This document shows positions 58,983-64,000 of a stretch of 64,000 nt of DNA, piece after piece. The translations under genes and the position numbers were made by a program. The DNA lies in contig CAVOKF010000005.1 of NCBI GenBank assembly GCA_963696385.1, positions 1,440,001-1,504,000 on the forward strand, in the 5' to 3' direction. Under the pieces are notes generated by a model. It had not been told where the DNA came from. It ran no database searches and saw nothing but the letters and a program-made list of their open reading frames with translations. The first letter of the stretch is position 1. Every line of letters starts with the position of its first letter. The DNA is from an uncultured delta proteobacterium (GTDB taxonomy: Bacteria; Myxococcota_A; Polyangia; Polyangiales; Polyangiaceae).

Positions 58983-60535
58983 CGGCGGTCTCCACGGGGC
59001 GGCGGGTGGCGAGCGGCAGAGCGTCGTACTCGGCCAGATCGCGGGGGCGTGTGACGACGGGACCGAGCGCGTCATCGATGCGCTTGGCGGTGTCTTCGGC
59101 GACGTACTCGTCGAGGGTCCGGGGCGGAGCGCGTCGGGCGAGGATGCGCTCGACCGAGGCCGCGTCGAGCGCGCCGAACCGAACGGCGTGCGCGAGGGCG
59201 GCGTCGACGTCGGCGCTGTCGTAGCGGGCACGCAAGAGCAGGATCTGCCGGGCGTGGTGGGTCCAGACACGGGTCACGTGGGCGCCCGAGAGCTGGAGCA
59301 GGAACGCGGCGGCCCCGTCGCCCATCTGCTCGAAGGTGGCGCGCAGCTTGTCGACGTCGATGGGCGACCGGCTCTCTGGGCGAGGATGCAGCCCGAGCGG
59401 ATCGATCTTGTCGCCGCGTCCGCGCGGTCGCAGCTCATAGCGCGCCAGGCAAGCGAGATTCGGCCCGTAGACGAACAGCTCCGTCTGCGTGATGCGCAGC
59501 GGCAGGAAGTCGGTCACATGGTCGTACGGCACGGCGTAGCGGTTACCGAGCCATTCGACGTACCCGTCGATGCTGCAGAGTCGATACGTGACCCGGGCGG
59601 TGTCGTACGGATGCTTGGGCAGCGGCCGCAGATGAGGCGCCTCGTCGCGAAACCGATCGAGGGCGGACAGCCCGTGACGCTTGCGCGGGTCGACGACGCG
59701 AACGAGCCAGTCGGCGAGCTGCGCGGCGAAGTCGTCGCGATCGCGGAAATGAGCGGCCGTTGAGAAACGATCGCTCGTGCTCCCAGAAGCTGCGTTCGAC
59801 GCGCGGCTTGGCGTTGGGTTTTCCTCGCACGGCGGCGGGCTGAATGCCGTAGTGCGCGGCAAAGGCGAGATACCGAGGATTGTAGATGGGCTGGTGGCCT
59901 TCCCACCGGAGCACGACGGGCTTTTGGCTGTCGTACTTGCAGCCCGCGGCGCAGCCGCCGAAGCGCGCGAAGGCGCGCTCGTGGCCGTCCATGAGCGCGA
60001 ACAAGTCCGGCGAGCCGAAGACGTCGAAGGACTTGCGCTTCGAATAGACCAGGACATACGAGAACAGCTGCACAGTCTCGGAGAGGCCGGTCGTGTACGT
60101 GAGCGTGTAGGGCGACCAATCGTTTTCGGCCATCTCACCCGGTCCGAACACCGGAGCTTCGAGGCTCGGCGTCGGCTTGGCCGCTGGCCGCACGCGCCGC
60201 ATCTGCTTCTTGACGGCGGTGTAGCCGCCTTGGAATCCCTCGTCCTTGAGGATCTCCAGCACGCGCTGCGCGGTGATGTCCGGGTAGCGCGCGAGCAACT
60301 CGCTCACGCGACCCTGGTAGGCGTCGATCTTGCGGGAACGCGGCGCGCGCACGGGCGCAGCGGCCAGCGCGGCGTGCCCGTCGTCGCGCTCGCGACCGTG
60401 GGTCCGAAGGATCTTCTTGATCGTGTTCCGACTGACCCCCAGCGCCCGCGTGATGGCGCGCCGGCTCATCCCCTGGGCCGTCAACACGACGACCTGGTGG
60501 ATCAATTCCTCGCGAGAGCGCCAGTGCACCGTCAT
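58960..60535 (-). pseudogene. istA: IstA DDE transposase with a 1-nt frameshift near 59748
   Basis: N-terminal HTH LGVSRNTIKK, FQGGYTAV, PGEMAENDW and KPRVER in one frame; FRDRDDF...DGYVEWLGNRYAVP in another. Confidence 0.9.
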
Positions 60536-61422
60536 GCCCTGCTCGCTCTCTCGGTCACGGCGGTGATCGTTTTCATCAGGCCGCCCAACACGCCATGGAG
60601 GTTGCTGAGATCGGGGCCCACGACGTCGGCGGCGGGTCCCAACGCGGCGAGCGGCATCCCGGCCAAACAGGCCTGAAGTCGCCCCGCGCTCCGTCGAATG
60701 GTCGTCACGTCGAGCGCGATCGTCTCGGCGATGCTCCTTGCCATGCGTGGGCGGCCGCGGCGCGCAGGCCGACCCCCGTCGCGCCAGCGCGCCAGCACCG
60801 CCTCATGCCCCGGCCCCGAGTCGTCCGCGAGCTCGCGCACCAAGAGGGCCGTCTGCCGCACGGTGAGCCCGCGACGGATGACGACCGCGGAGACCGCCGG
60901 CTGGTTGCCACGTGGCAACGCGCCGACGAGGATCGCTGCCCGCGGCGCGAGCAGCCCGAGTCGAACGTCGGCTTGGACCGACGAATCGAGCGCTTCGACC
61001 AGCATCAGGCGGCGACAGACCCAGCTCTTGTGGCAACGAAGCAGCGCAGCGATCGCCCCTTGCGTCACGTGATGCTCTCGATGCAGGGCGCGCACGATCC
61101 ACGCCTCCTCGAGCGCGGTGAGCCCGCGGCCAGCGTGCAGCTCGCGCATCTGCACGGTGGCATCGACGGCGCCAAGGTCGGTGACGACGGCGCGCAGATC
61201 GCGAAGGCCCAGCCCTCGCGCGGCGCGTAGCCGCTTGAAGCCGTCGAAGATCTCGACGGCGCCATCCCGCTCGAACGCGCGCACGGCGGAGAGCTGGCCG
61301 TGCTGCTTGAGCGACGCGCGCATGGCGGCCAGCGCGCAGGCGTCGGCGAGGCGCAGCCGCGACAGGCCCTCGCCGAGATCGGCGACGGCGACGAGGCGCT
61401 CGGCTTGAGCAGCGGCGGTCAC
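60532..61422 (-). CDS. ParB/Spo0J-like protein (ParB/Srx CTPase-like domain plus HTH)
   Basis: SLKQHGQL...IFDGFKRLRAA; LTALEEA...TQGAIAALLRCHKSWVCRRL; stop overlaps istA ATG; GTG start at 61422 inferred. Confidence 0.85.
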   Translation of the reverse strand: MTAAAQAERLVAVADLGEGLSRLRLADACALAAMRASLKQHGQLSAVRAFERDGAVEIFDGFKRLRAARGLGLRDLRAVVTDLGAVDATVQMRELHAGRGLTALEEAWIVRALHREHHVTQGAIAALLRCHKSWVCRRLMLVEALDSSVQADVRLGLLAPRAAILVGALPRGNQPAVSAVVIRRGLTVRQTALLVRELADDSGPGHEAVLARWRDGGRPARRGRPRMARSIAETIALDVTTIRRSAGRLQACLAGMPLAALGPAADVVGPDLSNLHGVLGGLMKTITAVTERASRA

Positions 61423-61445
61423 GGCCGCGAATCCACCACGACTCG

Positions 61446-61916
61446 TTACCCGGCACGAGACCGGCCCGTGACGCTGTCCAGGTCCAGGCCCGATCGGCAG
61501 CCGTTTTCCCCAGCTTCCAGCGCGCAGGGTAGCTCGTGACATGGGCCCACTCTGTCCACTTTGGCGGGCCCAAAAGGGCCGATTTTCCGCAGAATTCGCC
61601 CCAGATCGCGGCGGAGGGTAGCTCGTGACAGGCTCGCGGCCTTGTCCACGATCTGCTGTGCTTTACGCAATAAATCCGCGCTGTTGCCGTCCGAGGGTAG
61701 CTCGTGACATCCGGCCGCCTCGGCGCCGTCCCGGCGCCTTTGCTGGCGTGCGCGCTCGTCGGCCCGCTGCTCGTCCAGGTCGTTGCGCCGCCTCCGGCGC
61801 GCCTGACGGTTGCGGCGCTGGCCGCGGCACCCCTCTCCGCACACAACTTGGTGATCGAGCGCGCTCACGGCAGGTGTGAACCACTTCCGGCACTCGCTGC
61901 ATCGACGCCTGGACAT
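61446..61916 (-). CDS. Cys4 zinc-finger-like basic ORF at the 5' end of the IS21 element
   Basis: CSECRKWF...QVVCGEGC followed by an Arg-rich helix; the C-terminal half overlaps the repeat array and may not be coding. Confidence 0.6.
   Translation of the reverse strand: MSRRRCSECRKWFTPAVSALDHQVVCGEGCRGQRRNRQARRRRRNDLDEQRADERARQQRRRDGAEAAGCHELPSDGNSADLLRKAQQIVDKAASLSRATLRRDLGRILRKIGPFGPAKVDRVGPCHELPCALEAGENGCRSGLDLDSVTGRSRAG
61458..61709 (-). repeat. Array of 16-bp direct repeats TGTCACGAGCTACCCT (three perfect, one degenerate)
   Basis: + strand AGGGTAGCTCGTGACA at 61526, 61615 and 61694; 10/16 copy at 61458. Confidence 0.9.
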
Positions 61917-61968
61917 CGACGCCAGCGTCCGGCGAGACGCCCTCGATCGCGCGTTCCACGGCGCCCCC

Positions 61969-62065
61969 CTGGATCACGATCCCGCCGCCCGCGGCCGCCC
62001 CTTCAGGCCGTGCCGTGGATCACGATCCCGCCGTGCAGTGGATCACGACGAGGGCGCCGCTGAAG
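61969..62065. repeat. Right end of the IS21 element: three transposase-binding repeats plus terminal IR
   Basis: TGGATCACGA at 61970, 62016 and 62039; ends GGCGCCGCTGAAG. Confidence 0.88.
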
Positions 62066-62240
62066 TCAGGACGGCCTTGGGCGTGTTCTGCTTGTTGATG
62101 ACGACGAAGCCGCGGCGCGCGGTCGTGTCGAGCAGGTCTGCGAAGGCATTGCGCGCGTCGGTCGCGGACACCTCCGTGAACTCCACCTGCCTCGAGGAGA
62201 CGTTTCGCGACGTGGCGACCGCCTGGCGCACCTCGGACAT
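62066..62240 (-). pseudogene. Phd/YefM-type antitoxin, 5' half
   Basis: VSATDARNAFADLLD...VVINKQNTPKAVL is a Phd DNA-binding domain pattern; start uncertain. Confidence 0.85.
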
Positions 62241-62451
62241 CTGACGGTACAACGCGATGGCACGAGCGACCGTCTCCTCAAGAAGGGCGGGCTCCGGCGA
62301 GCGTTTCAGTTCGAAGAGCATCCAGTCCTGCTTGCCGCGTCGGCGCGTCCGGCATGCCGCTGCCCCAGCGGGGGGTGGCACAAGTCATTGGGCTACGGTC
62401 CCAGCCCGAACATGCGCTTCAGGCCCTTGCGGCGTCCCGCACGGCTGGCGC

Positions 62452-62805
62452 CTAACCGAACGTCTTCCCGTCGAAGCCCCAGAACGACGCCGGCACGTCC
62501 GCGAACACGACGTATGTGCGGTTCGTCGGCACTCCGAGCGCGTCGTGCACGAGCTTGCAGACGGCCTCGGTCAACCGCTTGGCGCGGTCACCGCCCAGTC
62601 CGCCGATGCTTTTGACCTCGACGAGGCAAGAGGCCTCGGGCGAGCCCGCGAACGTCATTCGGCTGCGCGGTACGAGGCACGTCATCACGTAGCTCTCGGG
62701 CTTCCCGAGGAGGCGTGCGGTTGTCGAAGACAAATCCCGCAAGAGCGCCGTCGCCTTCTCGTCGGCAAGCGGCTCGGCGGACGCGTACACGGTAACGAGC
62801 GGCAT
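62452..62805 (-). CDS. MIF/phenylpyruvate tautomerase family protein
   Basis: Met-Pro start (catalytic Pro1), LLGKPESYVM, VKSIG and WGFDGKTF. Confidence 0.9.
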   Translation of the reverse strand: MPLVTVYASAEPLADEKATALLRDLSSTTARLLGKPESYVMTCLVPRSRMTFAGSPEASCLVEVKSIGGLGGDRAKRLTEAVCKLVHDALGVPTNRTYVVFADVPASFWGFDGKTFG

Positions 62806-63039
62806 GTCGCCAGGGTGCTCCCGGCGCGGCGGATTCTCAACCCCCCATTGCGGCGCGGCCTATCTCCGACGCGACCGCCTGGAGCCGATGCTCGGCGGAG
62901 CGGCTGTTCGCTCCGTCAGTCGCCGCTCGGGCTCTGACCGGCACGTGCGTCGGCGTTCATCCTTTCGCGGCCATTTTCTTCGCAGCAGCCAAGGGCGCGG
63001 ATTCGGGGTCGTTCAGAGCAGCAAAGTTACACGGGTGAG

Positions 63040-63174
63040 CCCACGCAGAACTGGCTCGGGGCGTCGCAATACGCGAGCGATTCGTACCTGTTCGGAAAGA
63101 TCGACCAGTTCCGGATTTACGACCGCGCGCTCAGTGCGGCCGAGGTGCCGCAGCTCTTCACGCAACAGGAGTGA
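63040..63174 (+). pseudogene. Orphan C-terminal fragment of a LamG/ConA-like jellyroll domain
   Basis: PTQNWLGASQYASDSYLFGKIDQFRIYDRALSAAEV...*; no start codon after the in-frame stop at 62935. Confidence 0.7.
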
Positions 63175-63404
63175 AGAAGAGACCGCGGCGATCGACCGAA
63201 CTATGTCGACGGTTCGGCGCCTGCACCAAAAATTCGACGGGCGAGCGCATCTTTTCGCCTCTGTCGTTCGTGGTTCGGGGGAGGCTCGTCGATGACCCCG
63301 TACTCTCCTTTCGCTCGGAAGAATGAAACGGTCTTTCGCCAGGACTGCTCGGTCCAGTGCGACATTCGCCCGCGATCTGAAGCGAGCCGCCGAGGAGGTT
63401 CGAG

Positions 63405-63830
63405 ATGAGTAAAGCGACGGGGAACGGGACCCCAGCCACCCCGTGGAAGTTGACCACGCCCCCCGGCACGGCCGAATACGAAGCCTATCGCGACTCCGCC
63501 GCCACACCGCCGGCGCTCGTCGTGCGGGTGGGAAAGACGGAGCTTCGGTACCAGCTCCGATGCATCGAGGATCTCGTCGAGATGCTCGCGCGCCACGGGG
63601 ACTGGATGCCGCTCGGTGCCGCCGACGAGCAAAAGCCGGCCTCTGAAGGATCGGTGGAAGCGTGGGGCCGCGCGCAAGACAACCCCGTAAAGGGTTGGTA
63701 CGGCCTGAAGAAGGGGCTGCGGGGCCGCTTCGCCATGTACGTGCCGCCGGTGCTCGAGGCGCTCGGCCTGGCCGAGTTGGAGCACAATCCGAAAAACAAT
63801 CGCATTCGCGCCATCGTCAAGGCGAAATGA
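63405..63830 (+). CDS. Conserved hypothetical protein (resembles DUF6855, from memory)
   Basis: GAGGAGG RBS; PWKLTTPPG, LGAADEQKPA and GWYGLKKGLRGRFAMYVPP. Confidence 0.75.
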   Translation: MSKATGNGTPATPWKLTTPPGTAEYEAYRDSAATPPALVVRVGKTELRYQLRCIEDLVEMLARHGDWMPLGAADEQKPASEGSVEAWGRAQDNPVKGWYGLKKGLRGRFAMYVPPVLEALGLAELEHNPKNNRIRAIVKAK

Positions 63831-63901
63831 GAGACGGGATCGGCCATGGGGGCGCGAGTTTCAAGGTCGCCACGGCTCACGAACCCGTAGCATCGTCGCC
63901 C

Positions 63902-64000
63902 ATGACGGATCCCCTTCACGACAGTGTCGCGAAAGCGCGAGAGGAGTTCTTGGCGACCGTCGAGGGGATTCGCGCCGAATTGCACAGGTACTGCGCACGC
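63902..64000 (+). CDS. ECF-type RNA polymerase sigma factor, N-terminus (3' partial)
   Basis: MTDPLHDSVAKAREEFLATVEGIRAELHRYCAR resembles the start of ECF region 2. Confidence 0.65.
   Translation, partial: MTDPLHDSVAKAREEFLATVEGIRAELHRYCAR

Larger units (their letters stand above)
57579..62065 (-). mobile_element. IS21-family transposon (4487 bp) with ParB-like and two small accessory genes
   Basis: 13-bp perfect terminal IRs CTTCAGCGGCGCC/GGCGCCGCTGAAG; direct repeat TCAGGAC at 57572-57578 and 62066-62072; subterminal GTGATCCAC repeats; istA and istB. Confidence 0.93.

Noticed and set aside
61423..61542. ORF-track start of the ParB-like gene at 61542
   Set aside because: This ATG falls in a 16-bp repeat copy and overlaps the upstream ORF by about 100 nt; GTG at 61422 fits the domain start better, though unproven
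61458..61709. Calling the 16-bp array a CRISPR
   Set aside because: Repeats are too short, spacers long and uneven, and there are no cas genes; kept as an unexplained array instead
1..64000. Many long overlapping or antisense ORFs in the track (e.g. 1933-3393, 5942-7585, 14279-15736, 24375-26204, 42157-43506)
   Set aside because: Arg/Ala/Pro-rich shadow frames of real genes, expected in high-GC DNA; no motifs
1..64000. tRNA, rRNA, riboswitch or cas genes
   Set aside because: None recognised by eye; a tRNAscan/Infernal run would be needed to exclude them

Overview
GC-rich bacterial DNA, most likely Myxococcota (Polyangiales/Sorangium-like). This is inferred from three Hanks-type Ser/Thr kinases, PEGA/TPR proteins, an FHA protein and an orphan FliR-like gene. 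About 1-49 kb is core-like: the end of the isc operon (iscS-iscU-iscA-hscB-hscA-fdx), glyA, hemL, panD, glyS, trmO, a GspE/PilB-type ATPase with an AAA ATPase, pmbA, scpAB, an emrAB-type pump, a tRNA nucleotidyltransferase, lolA, ruvC, yebC, two very large transglutaminase-like proteins and a radical SAM enzyme of the MJ0619/Tes (tetraether synthase) family. About 49.3-64 kb is an accessory mosaic with several gene remnants. Main highlights: (1) A 4487-bp IS21-family element (57579-62065) has a 7-bp target duplication and non-canonical CT...AG ends. It carries five co-oriented genes (Cys4 ORF, full ParB-like CTPase/HTH protein, istA, istB, small ORF) and an internal array of identical 16-bp repeats read in different frames. 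It splits a Phd-type antitoxin whose partner toxin is truncated. (2) A bacterial Tes/GDGT-MAS homologue. (3) A ~195-bp CTAG-bounded double-hairpin intergenic repeat present twice, 34 kb apart. No tRNA, rRNA or CRISPR-Cas was recognised. All calls come from reading motifs by eye; no searches were run.
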